DNA from: Dehalococcoidia bacterium
GTDB lineage: Bacteria; Chloroflexota; Dehalococcoidia; Lucifugimonadales; JAGWBF01
NCBI GenBank assembly: GCA_034423015.1
Contig: DAOUJG010000063.1
Location: 112,865 to 176,864 of the forward strand
Reading direction: 5' to 3'
Length of the DNA stretch: 64,000 bases
Below the pieces are notes generated by a model. That model was not told the origin of the DNA. It was given only the letters and a program-made list of their open reading frames with translations, and did no database searches. Position 1 is the first letter of the stretch, and the number at the start of each line of letters is the position of its first letter. Shown piece by piece: positions 56,546 to 64,000 of the stretch. A program made the translations under genes and the position numbers.

Positions 56546-56714
56546 CGACTCACCTCCCGGAATCGTACTTGGCCGCCCGTGAAACGCCGCAGGCACAGAC
56601 GGTTTACAGCGTTCGTATTATACACGCGACCCGCCCGGTGGCCTAGACCGTCCGAGGCTTGCGTGCTAAACTCCCCCAAAAGCACACCCCAAAGGTGCAA
56701 AAAAGGAGGAAGAT

Positions 56715-57461
56715 ATGCCTCTCCACGGAAAGCAGAGAATCGGCCTGATGGTGCCCCCCGCCAACACCACGATGGAGGACGACTTCGACCGCTGGCTGCC
56801 GGACTCGGTGCGCGTCCACGTGAACCGCATGTACTCCCCACCGACCCCACCGAAGAACCTGGTGGAGGCCCTGCAGGCCTATGGCGACCACATCGAGGAC
56901 ACGGCCCGGACCATGGCCCAGGTCCCCCTGGACGTCATGGCCTTCGGCTGCACCAGCGGCAGCTTCCTCAACGGGGTGGGCTACGATGCCCAGATCATCG
57001 ACAAGATCCAGGGCGTGTCGGGCGGGGTGAGGACCGTCGCCACGGCCAAGGCGGTAGCCGACGCCCTCAAGGAGCTGGGGGTCACGAAGATCGCCGCCTG
57101 CTCCCCCTACCCGGCGGAGGTCAACGAACGGCTGCGCCAGTACTACACCGACTCCGGGTTCGACATAGTCAACTTCCAGCCCGTCGACAGTGAAAAGTAC
57201 CCCATGGACTACAACCAGTTCCCGCCCGGAGTGGCGAAGGACCTAGCCCTCAGCGTGGACCGCCCGGAGGCGGAGGCCATATTCATGAGCTGCACCGCCT
57301 TCAAGGGGGCGGCCGAGTCCATAGAGGCGATAGAAGAGGCGACAGGCAAGCCGGTGGTCACAGCCAACCAGGCCACCTTCTGGGCGTGCATGAGGGCGCT
57401 GGAGGTCACGGAGCCCATCCAGGGCGGCGGCGTTCTGATGCGGGAGCGGGTGGCGGCGTAG
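56715..57461 (+). CDS. Maleate isomerase/arylmalonate decarboxylase/Asp-Glu racemase family protein
   Basis: GLMVPPANTT.E; both Cys motifs FGCTSGS and SCT. Confidence 0.9.
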   Translation: MPLHGKQRIGLMVPPANTTMEDDFDRWLPDSVRVHVNRMYSPPTPPKNLVEALQAYGDHIEDTARTMAQVPLDVMAFGCTSGSFLNGVGYDAQIIDKIQGVSGGVRTVATAKAVADALKELGVTKIAACSPYPAEVNERLRQYYTDSGFDIVNFQPVDSEKYPMDYNQFPPGVAKDLALSVDRPEAEAIFMSCTAFKGAAESIEAIEEATGKPVVTANQATFWACMRALEVTEPIQGGGVLMRERVAA

Positions 57462-57542
57462 ACGAGGCCGCCGGAGCACGCGAGCGCGCCTCGCCCCCAT
57501 ATCCAAAGATGGCCGGACCATGAGCCAAAGGAGAGGTGCAAC

Positions 57543-58451
57543 ATGGGCGCCATAGAAGACATCGCCCTGGACCTGATAGGCGGGGTCCGGGGCGGCAAGC
57601 CCGCCCCCCGGCTGGTGGAGCTCAGGCCCTACCTGGCCTCCGACTACATGGAGGACGCGGCCCGGTTCATGCTGGACCACCCCAACCGGGCCATGATTAT
57701 CACCGGCTTCTTCATCCCCGTTCCGTACAAGTTCCCCCTGCCCGAGGGCGGCTCCGTGGAGACCGACGGTCCGCCGGGGGCCTACTTCCTGGGAGAGGCG
57801 CTTAGGGCGCTGGACTTCCACGTGACCTACGTGGCCGACCGGTGGTTCAGCTTCGTGTTCGACGGGGTGCCGGGCGCCGAGGACTACGTCGAGTTCCCGA
57901 TGGCCGACTTCAAGGAGAGCGACAACTACAGCAGGAAGCTGCTGGAGGATAAGGACCCATCGGTGGTGATCTCCACCGAGAGGTGCGGCCTGACCCGGGA
58001 GCGCCGCTACCTGAACATGATGGGCTGGGACATCAGCGAGTTCACCGCGAAGCTGGACTATCTCCTGGAGAACCATCCCCACACCGTGGCCGTGGGAGAT
58101 GCGGGCAACGAGCTGGGGATGGGAAACTTCGCCCCGTTCATCGGGGACCTCCCCCACCCGTTGGCGGAGCCGGCGGTGGTTCCGTCCACCAAGCCGGTCC
58201 TGGGACGCTCCTCGGACTGGGGCTGCTACGGGCTGGTGACCGCCCTATCCAAGCTGGCGGGCCGCGACCTTCTCCCGACGGGCAAGCAGGTGCAGGAGTT
58301 CATAGTAGACATCTGCGACAGGGGAGTCGTCCGGGGAGACGGCCGCAAGGGATACGAGGTGGACAACCGGACCCTGGAGGAGCAGGGAGAGGTGCTGGAC
58401 AGGCTGCGCGGCGTCCTTAAGGACGCGGGCATCGAGGTGAAGAGCGGCTAG
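57543..58451 (+). CDS. DUF4392/D-glutamate cyclase-like protein
   Basis: TGF...ETDGPPGA..LG.AL; ERCG; VGDAGNELGMG; SDWG.YG. Confidence 0.85.
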   Translation: MGAIEDIALDLIGGVRGGKPAPRLVELRPYLASDYMEDAARFMLDHPNRAMIITGFFIPVPYKFPLPEGGSVETDGPPGAYFLGEALRALDFHVTYVADRWFSFVFDGVPGAEDYVEFPMADFKESDNYSRKLLEDKDPSVVISTERCGLTRERRYLNMMGWDISEFTAKLDYLLENHPHTVAVGDAGNELGMGNFAPFIGDLPHPLAEPAVVPSTKPVLGRSSDWGCYGLVTALSKLAGRDLLPTGKQVQEFIVDICDRGVVRGDGRKGYEVDNRTLEEQGEVLDRLRGVLKDAGIEVKSG

Positions 58452-58551
58452 AGGCCCGGACACGTCATCGGGCGCCGGGGTCAGGGGGTGCCGGATTCCA
58501 CTGGCCCAGAGCCCGTGCGGAAAGACGGGCGGCCGTCTCCCCTCTGACGTA

Positions 58552-58977
58552 CTGCCTTCGGCCGGGGGAACCTACGCCCTCCTCTTCCGATTGAACAACG
58601 TCCATATCTTGACGGCGGGCAGTCTGGGTCCAGCGACCTACGCGAAAGGGTTCTACTTCTACCTGGGCAGCGCCCTGAATGGCCTGGCGGGACGCGTCGG
58701 GCGGCACCTGACCCAGGGAAAACGCCTCCACTGGCACATCGACGCGCTGACGGAGGTGTCCTGCCCCGTTTGGGTATGGTGGCGTGAAGGGCCCGAGCGG
58801 CTGGAGTGTCATTGGGCCCGGAACGTCCTCTCCGTCCCCGGCTCCCAGATACCCGTGCCTGGATTCGGCTCCTCGGACTGCCGGTGCCCAAGCCACCTGG
58901 TCTTCTTTCCCGATACTGCGTCTCCGCCTATGAATGCCGTCTCGGTTCCAGGAATGCTGATGGGCGCGGCCGGATGA
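58552..58977 (+). CDS. DUF123/GIY-YIG nuclease family protein
   Basis: GTYAL...Y.Y.GSA..GL..RV.RH...K..HWHID; FGSSDC.CPSHL; homology extends upstream of 58591, start uncertain (CTG 58552). Confidence 0.8.
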   Translation: MPSAGGTYALLFRLNNVHILTAGSLGPATYAKGFYFYLGSALNGLAGRVGRHLTQGKRLHWHIDALTEVSCPVWVWWREGPERLECHWARNVLSVPGSQIPVPGFGSSDCRCPSHLVFFPDTASPPMNAVSVPGMLMGAAG

Positions 58978-58999
58978 CAAACCCGTCTTCCTACATGGC

Positions 59000-59403
59000 T
59001 TACGCGTGTATGCTGGACAAGAACTGGGGAGCGTTGAGGATTCTCGCGCCCCGATACTCCCCAAGGGGCAACAGATGCCGCCGGTCGCCGGTGACCAGGT
59101 AGTCGGCGTTCGCGGCCGCCGCACAATCCAGTATGCGGTTGTCGGCGTGGCCTCCAGCGATCACCTCCGGGAGCCCGGGGGGTGGACGACCGTGGCAGCA
59201 TCCGCCAGAGTCCTGAGAGCGTGGGACGAGCGTTCTTCGTCCCAATCGAACTTGCCGCCGAGCACCCCCGCAACCTCGTTCAGGATGAAGGGAGAGAGGT
59301 AAAGATCGAACCGTCCCCTCAGGGCCAGCTCGAGGATGACGCGCTCGTTTCCAGGGAAGTTCAGACCGGAGATGATCACGTTGGTGTCCAGAACGACTCT
59401 CAC
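59000..59403 (-). pseudogene. PIN-domain toxin, frameshifted in a C6 run
   Basis: MRVVLDTNVIIS in one frame and DNRILDCA...DYLVTGD in another; one extra C at 59177-59182 restores the frame. Confidence 0.8.
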
Positions 59404-59657
59404 GTACGGGATGAGCTGACTTCCGCCCTGTGCTCTTCCACCAAACGGGCCACGTCCTCAGGGCCGAGTCCCTTCTCTCTGGCCTTCTCTTCACCGTACT
59501 GGAGCACCTGCCTCCACTCGCACTCCTCGATGTAGCGGAGCACCGCCTCCCGCAGAAACTCGCTCCTCGACCGGCGCTGCTGCCTCATCACCCGGTCCAC
59601 GCGGTCCGCCATCTCCGGCGGCAACGAGAAGGTAATGGTCTTGGTAGTTCGCGGCAT
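59400..59657 (-). CDS. Ribbon-helix-helix (CopG-type) antitoxin
   Basis: TITFSLPPEM...RSEFLREA; 4-nt overlap with the PIN gene. Confidence 0.88.
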   Translation of the reverse strand: MPRTTKTITFSLPPEMADRVDRVMRQQRRSRSEFLREAVLRYIEECEWRQVLQYGEEKAREKGLGPEDVARLVEEHRAEVSSSRT

Positions 59658-59856
59658 GCCAACCTCTTGTTATCGAGTCTTACTGGGATAGTGCACCAGT
59701 CGAGGACCCCTGTCAACAAATCTCTTGCCCCGTCGCCATTCGTAGGCTTGGCCCTGTATGTTCGGGTCGACGGGGGCAGATGACAAACCCGTGCTGCATG
59801 CCTTAGTATGTTGGGCAGGACGCAGCCCCACTCCAACACACGCGAGGTCCGGGACC

Positions 59857-60831
59857 GTGAACAGGTGGTTCGACTACTCTCCCATCGTTGACAGGCCGGT
59901 AATCCGGTGGCCGGGAGGCGCCCGGGTCGCCTTCTGGCTGTCCCCCAACGTGGAGTACCTGGAGTACGACCCGCCGGCCACCAGCAGGCCCCCGGGTTTC
60001 GTGGGGGCCGGGATTCCCACGCCCAACCTCCAGTGGTACAGGACCCGGGACTACGGCAACCGGGTGGCCTTCTGGCGCATGCTGGAGGTGATCGACAAAC
60101 ACAACATCCGTTGCACGGCCTCCCTCAACGAGGCAGTTCTGGACCACTTCCCCGAAATCAGGGACGCCATGGTGGCCCGGGACTGGGACTACATGTCCCA
60201 CGGCATCTACAACAACCGCACCCTCCACGGCGTAAGTGAAGAGGACGAGCGCCGCTTCTACGCGGACTGCGTCGAGACGCTGAAGAGGCACACGGGGAAG
60301 CGGCTCAAGGGGATGCTGGGCCCCGCCATATCGGCGACGGTGAACACGCCCGACCTGATGGCCGAGGCCGGGCTGATCTACCACACGGACTGGTGCCACG
60401 ACGACCAGCCCTTCCCTCTGAAGGTGAAGTCGGGCCGCCTCATCTCCCTGCCCTACACCCTGGAGATGAACGACAGCGCCGCCGTCGCCGAGTCCGCCAA
60501 CGACGCACCGTACTTCGCCCAGATCTGCAAAGACCAGTTCGACGTGCTCTACGAGCAGGGCGCCGAGAGCGGCCGGGTCATGTGCATCGCCCTGCACCCC
60601 TACTGGATAGGCGCCCCCCACCGCATCAAGCACCTGGACGACATCCTGACCCACATCCTGTCCCACGACGGCGTGTGGAAGACGACGGCCGAGGAGATCG
60701 CCGAGTACTACATGGACAACTACTACGACACGGTGGTGGCATACCTGGAGGAGCGCCGGCAGGACCTGAACCCGGCCCCCCGGGGCGAGGGTGCCGGTCC
60801 CCAGGATACGCGACGGGAGTTGGAGGCATGA
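59857..60831 (+). CDS. Polysaccharide deacetylase/PuuE-like protein, copy 1
   Basis: WPGGARVAFW...N.E, RDYGNRV.FWR, ALHPY; GTG start at 59857. Confidence 0.9.
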   Translation: MNRWFDYSPIVDRPVIRWPGGARVAFWLSPNVEYLEYDPPATSRPPGFVGAGIPTPNLQWYRTRDYGNRVAFWRMLEVIDKHNIRCTASLNEAVLDHFPEIRDAMVARDWDYMSHGIYNNRTLHGVSEEDERRFYADCVETLKRHTGKRLKGMLGPAISATVNTPDLMAEAGLIYHTDWCHDDQPFPLKVKSGRLISLPYTLEMNDSAAVAESANDAPYFAQICKDQFDVLYEQGAESGRVMCIALHPYWIGAPHRIKHLDDILTHILSHDGVWKTTAEEIAEYYMDNYYDTVVAYLEERRQDLNPAPRGEGAGPQDTRRELEA

Positions 60832-61742
60832 CCGCTGCACGTCAACCGGGGATGGACCACGACTTCTACCCGTTCTCGTCCATGGCGGCCAGGGAGCCCC
60901 TGGTGTGGCCCGACGGAGCGCGGGTGGCCTTCTGCGTCATCGTCAACCTGGAGCACTACGAGCTGGAGCCCCCCGAGGACGCCTTCACCCTGAACCGCCG
61001 GTACGGCCCGGCCCGCATGCGGCCCTTCCCGGACATCACCCGGGCCTCCCACCGGGAGTACGGCAACCGGGTGGGCATATTCGGGATCATGAAGCTCCTG
61101 GACAGCTACGGGATGAGGGCCACGGCCGCCATGGACGCCGTCATCGCGGAGACCAATCCCTTCCTGGTAAACGAGGCGATGAAGCGCGACTGGGACGTCA
61201 TCGGCCACGGGGTAAGCGCCAACCGGCTCATCACCTCGGAGATGTCCGAGGAGCAGGAGCGGGCCCACATAGCCAGGTGCGTCGGGGCCATCGAAAGGGC
61301 CACCGGACGGGGACCCTCGGGATGGCTCGGGGTCGAGTACAGCGAGTCCAGGCGGACGCCGCACCTGCTGGCGGAGCACGGCATCCGCTACGTGTGCGAC
61401 TGGACGGTGGACGAGCAGCCACACCGGATGAACGTCGACGGAGGCACTCTCTACTCCCTACCGGTCACCACCGAGCTGGACGACCATACGGTCCTGGGCA
61501 TCCGCAACATGCCCATCACCGAGTACGCGCAGGCGGCCAGGGACACCTTCGACGTGCTGCACCGGGAAGGCGCACAGAACGGCCGGACCCTCGTGTACAG
61601 CATCCACCCGTGGATAATGGGCCAGCCCTATCGACTCAAGTACCTGGATCGCATCCTGGCCCACATCGCGGGCCGCGGGCAGGTCTGGAAGGCCACGGGG
61701 GCCGAGATAGTCGACTGGTACGCCGGGCGCCAGAACGGATAG
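60828..61742 (+). CDS. Polysaccharide deacetylase/PuuE-like protein, copy 2
   Basis: WPDGARVAF, REYGNRVG, SIHPW; ATGA overlap with copy 1. Confidence 0.9.
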   Translation: MTAARQPGMDHDFYPFSSMAAREPLVWPDGARVAFCVIVNLEHYELEPPEDAFTLNRRYGPARMRPFPDITRASHREYGNRVGIFGIMKLLDSYGMRATAAMDAVIAETNPFLVNEAMKRDWDVIGHGVSANRLITSEMSEEQERAHIARCVGAIERATGRGPSGWLGVEYSESRRTPHLLAEHGIRYVCDWTVDEQPHRMNVDGGTLYSLPVTTELDDHTVLGIRNMPITEYAQAARDTFDVLHREGAQNGRTLVYSIHPWIMGQPYRLKYLDRILAHIAGRGQVWKATGAEIVDWYAGRQNG

Positions 61743-61832
61743 GTCCGGCCTGCGGCACGGGCCGTTCCAACCGGTCCTGACCGCGGCAAGCCCGCCCAAA
61801 CGCCGTAGAGACATTCACCTGGGAGACGCGCC

Positions 61833-62666
61833 ATGATAATCATGTGCCCGCCGGTGGCCCTGGGCGACGACGCCGAGTCCCGCGCCGACATGCTGCGGAA
61901 GGCCAGGGAGCTGGAGTGCACCGCCATCGCCTCCCACGTTCCCGAGGAGTGGCCCGACGGCAAGGTGGCCCAGGCCCGGGCCTTCCTGGACGAGCACGGC
62001 CTGCGCGTGGGCGAATACGTCCAGTTCCGGTTCGACTTCGCGTCGGCAGTGCCCGAGGAGCACCGGGCGGCCATGGCCGACTACAGGCGTCAGCTACGCC
62101 ACGCCAGGACCATTGGCGCGGCCTTCGTCGGGTTCAACATCGTGTGCGACCGTGCGACTCCCCGGATGTGGACGGATGAGACGTGGCGGCGGTGCATAGG
62201 GGCGGTCGCCGAGCTGGCCGCCGAGGCCGAGGGCGCCGGGATGGACGTGGCCGCGCATCCCCACTACATGAGCCCCCTGTTCTCCATCGAAAGGGTGGAG
62301 GAGCTGCTGGCCTCGGTGCCCTCCCCGCGGCTGAAGGTCCTCATAGACATCGTGAACCTGACCAGCCCGGAGATGGTCTACAGGACTACGGAGCTGGTGA
62401 ACGACGTCTTCGACCGCCTGGGGGACCGGATAGTGGGCCTGCACGCCAAGGACGTGGTGATGTCCGGGGGAGGCAACACCATCGTCCACGTGGACGAGTC
62501 CATCCCCGGGACGGGCCTGATGGACCTGTCCACGGCGCTCAGCCGGCTGGACGGGCTGGGGCGCGACGTCACCCTGCAGGTGGAGCACCTGGGCTACGAG
62601 GACACGCTCCAAGGCGTCGGCCACATCCGCGGTCTGGCGAGGGACGCCGGCATCACCCTGGGCTAG
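61833..62666 (+). CDS. Sugar phosphate isomerase/epimerase (xylose isomerase-like TIM barrel)
   Basis: DIVN, LHAKD, PGTG.MD, VEH. Confidence 0.85.
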   Translation: MIIMCPPVALGDDAESRADMLRKARELECTAIASHVPEEWPDGKVAQARAFLDEHGLRVGEYVQFRFDFASAVPEEHRAAMADYRRQLRHARTIGAAFVGFNIVCDRATPRMWTDETWRRCIGAVAELAAEAEGAGMDVAAHPHYMSPLFSIERVEELLASVPSPRLKVLIDIVNLTSPEMVYRTTELVNDVFDRLGDRIVGLHAKDVVMSGGGNTIVHVDESIPGTGLMDLSTALSRLDGLGRDVTLQVEHLGYEDTLQGVGHIRGLARDAGITLG

Positions 62667-62721
62667 GCGGGGGAGCCGCGAAGCCGGCACGACGTACCGA
62701 GCCCCTGACGGACCCCCGGTC

Positions 62722-63078
62722 CTAGTACATGATCAGGTGGGTGGGGACCAGGCGCTGTTCCACGGGGTCCACCGCCAGGGCCAGCCCCTCCAGGGTATAG
62801 GCTCCCAGCAGAGGCGGGGAGCCGTCTTCCCCGAAGATCACCAGGGTTGTCACGCTCTCACCGCCGACGGTTGCGCGGGCCTCCCCGTAGTCCATCTCAA
62901 TGCGGCGTCCGTCGGCCAGCAGGAAGCGGCGCTTCCCCAGGGGAGCTACGCCCAACTCTCGCAACAGGCTGCCGGGCAGCGTGGTGTAAGCCGCGCCGGT
63001 ATCCACCGTTGCCTCTATGTCACGGGCCTGTTGGCCGTCCAAACTGGCAATCCGCATCGGCCAGCTGAAGGTCCCCAT
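62722..63078 (-). CDS. Clan AA (retropepsin-like) aspartic protease, second copy
   Basis: VDTGA, LLGAYTLE; start ATG 63078. Confidence 0.88.
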   Translation of the reverse strand: MGTFSWPMRIASLDGQQARDIEATVDTGAAYTTLPGSLLRELGVAPLGKRRFLLADGRRIEMDYGEARATVGGESVTTLVIFGEDGSPPLLGAYTLEGLALAVDPVEQRLVPTHLIMY

Positions 63079-63104
63079 GCCGAACACCTCTCTTGGGGTC
63101 TTGT

Positions 63105-63998
63105 CTAGCCGGACTTGGCTTTTGCCCTGGAGCGGCGCTTCTTGGGAGCGGGCGCGTCCTCTGGCTCAGTGGGGGTCTCGGCGGGCGATTCGGCGGGTGG
63201 GCCGGGGGGCGCCGCCTCGGCCTTCTTGGTCGCGGCGATGCTGGCCTTCAGCGCGTCCATCAGGTCGCTCACCTTGCCCTTGGGCGGCGGCGGAGCGGCG
63301 GTCACGGGCTGCTGGGAGGTGAGCTTCCCCTCGATGGTGCGCTCCAGGGCCAGCCGGTACTCGTCCTGGAAGATCTCCGGCTGGTAGGGCGCGGTGAGCT
63401 GGTCTATGAGTATGGACGCCATGCCCATCTCCTGGTCGGTGATGGCGGTCCTCTCCTCGGGCAGGTCCAGTTCGTTGGTCCCCCGGATCTCATCGGGATA
63501 GTGCATGGTGTGCATGGAGATGGCCTTCTGGTAGGGCCGAAGGCAGCATATGTGCTCCTTCTGGCGCAAGGAGACCTTGGCGATGGCCACCCTGCCGCTG
63601 TCCTCGAGGGACTGCTTGAGCAGGTAGAATGGCTTGACCCCGACGCCCTCGGGCTCCAGCATGTAGGAGCGCTCGAAGTTGATGGGGTCGATGTCTCCCA
63701 GGTCCACGAACTGGGTGATCTCTATGACGTGGGTGGAAGGCACCGGGAGGTTTTCGAAGTCCGCCGGGTCCATCTCCAGGTACTGCTCCTTGGCATACTC
63801 GTAGCCGCGCACGATCTCCGAGGCCTCGACCTCGGCCTCGTGGTACGGGCAGTACCGCTTCTGGCGGATGCGGTTCATACACGTCTTGTGCAGGGTGACG
63901 AAGGAGAGGTCCTTGCTCTCGGTGGCGGTGTACAGCTTGATGGGGATGGCCACCATCCCGAAGCTCACCGCGCCTCTCCATATCGCTCTTCTGGCCAT
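63105..63998 (-). CDS. ku: Ku protein (non-homologous end joining)
   Basis: RAIWRGAVSFGMVAIPIKLYTATE, IVRGYEY, basic C-terminal tail. Confidence 0.96.
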   Translation of the reverse strand: MARRAIWRGAVSFGMVAIPIKLYTATESKDLSFVTLHKTCMNRIRQKRYCPYHEAEVEASEIVRGYEYAKEQYLEMDPADFENLPVPSTHVIEITQFVDLGDIDPINFERSYMLEPEGVGVKPFYLLKQSLEDSGRVAIAKVSLRQKEHICCLRPYQKAISMHTMHYPDEIRGTNELDLPEERTAITDQEMGMASILIDQLTAPYQPEIFQDEYRLALERTIEGKLTSQQPVTAAPPPPKGKVSDLMDALKASIAATKKAEAAPPGPPAESPAETPTEPEDAPAPKKRRSRAKAKSG

Positions 63999-64000
63999 GG

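Noticed and set aside
17087-63981. Numerous long Arg/Gly/Pro-rich alternative-frame ORFs
   Set aside because: Expected stop-poor shadow frames of GC-rich genes; they have no family motifs and overlap well-supported CDSs.
1-64000. Genome-wide UGA reassignment (genetic code 4 or 25)
   Set aside because: Many full-length genes end at TGA at the expected family C-terminus (e.g. 8731, 19177, 30611, 33366, 60831), so UGA is normally a stop.

Overview
GC-rich bacterial chromosome segment. The gene content (luciferase-like monooxygenase, several hydantoinase/oxoprolinase paralogs, F420-type PPOX enzyme, SDRs, plant-type LRR lipoproteins) resembles SAR202/Dehalococcoidia (Chloroflexota), possibly a host-associated lineage; this is inference, not a database result. 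Bases 1-8590 are an accessory region next to the 3' end of tRNA-Asn. It holds a tandem array of variable LRR lipoproteins, a divergent single-chain GAF-PAS-HK-REC-wHTH regulator with an OmpR-type repeat box upstream, a lipoprotein and an IS3 remnant. Bases ~11.4-14.4 kb are a lower-GC islet (GmrSD, a CX5R phosphatase and a small protein). The rest is mostly catabolic and housekeeping genes (HyuA/HyuB, dihydropyrimidinase-like, Rid x3 fusion, MaoC, AtuA, TldD/PmbA, TPP enzyme, GlnII, SelA-like lyase operon, deacetylases, a toxin-antitoxin pair, Ku). Main discovery: two genes that the ORF track splits in two are each one reading frame interrupted by a single in-frame UGA. In both, the UGA sits where the family normally has Cys and is followed by a bacterial-SECIS-like hairpin. 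They are a BtuF-like protein with a CxxU motif (14496-15455) and an MFS transporter with U in the TM7 'CG' motif (22605-23906), both candidate selenoproteins of families I do not know as selenoproteins. A third in-frame UGA (25598-25600) sits at a Trp position with no such hairpin, so nonsense mutation remains a real alternative.
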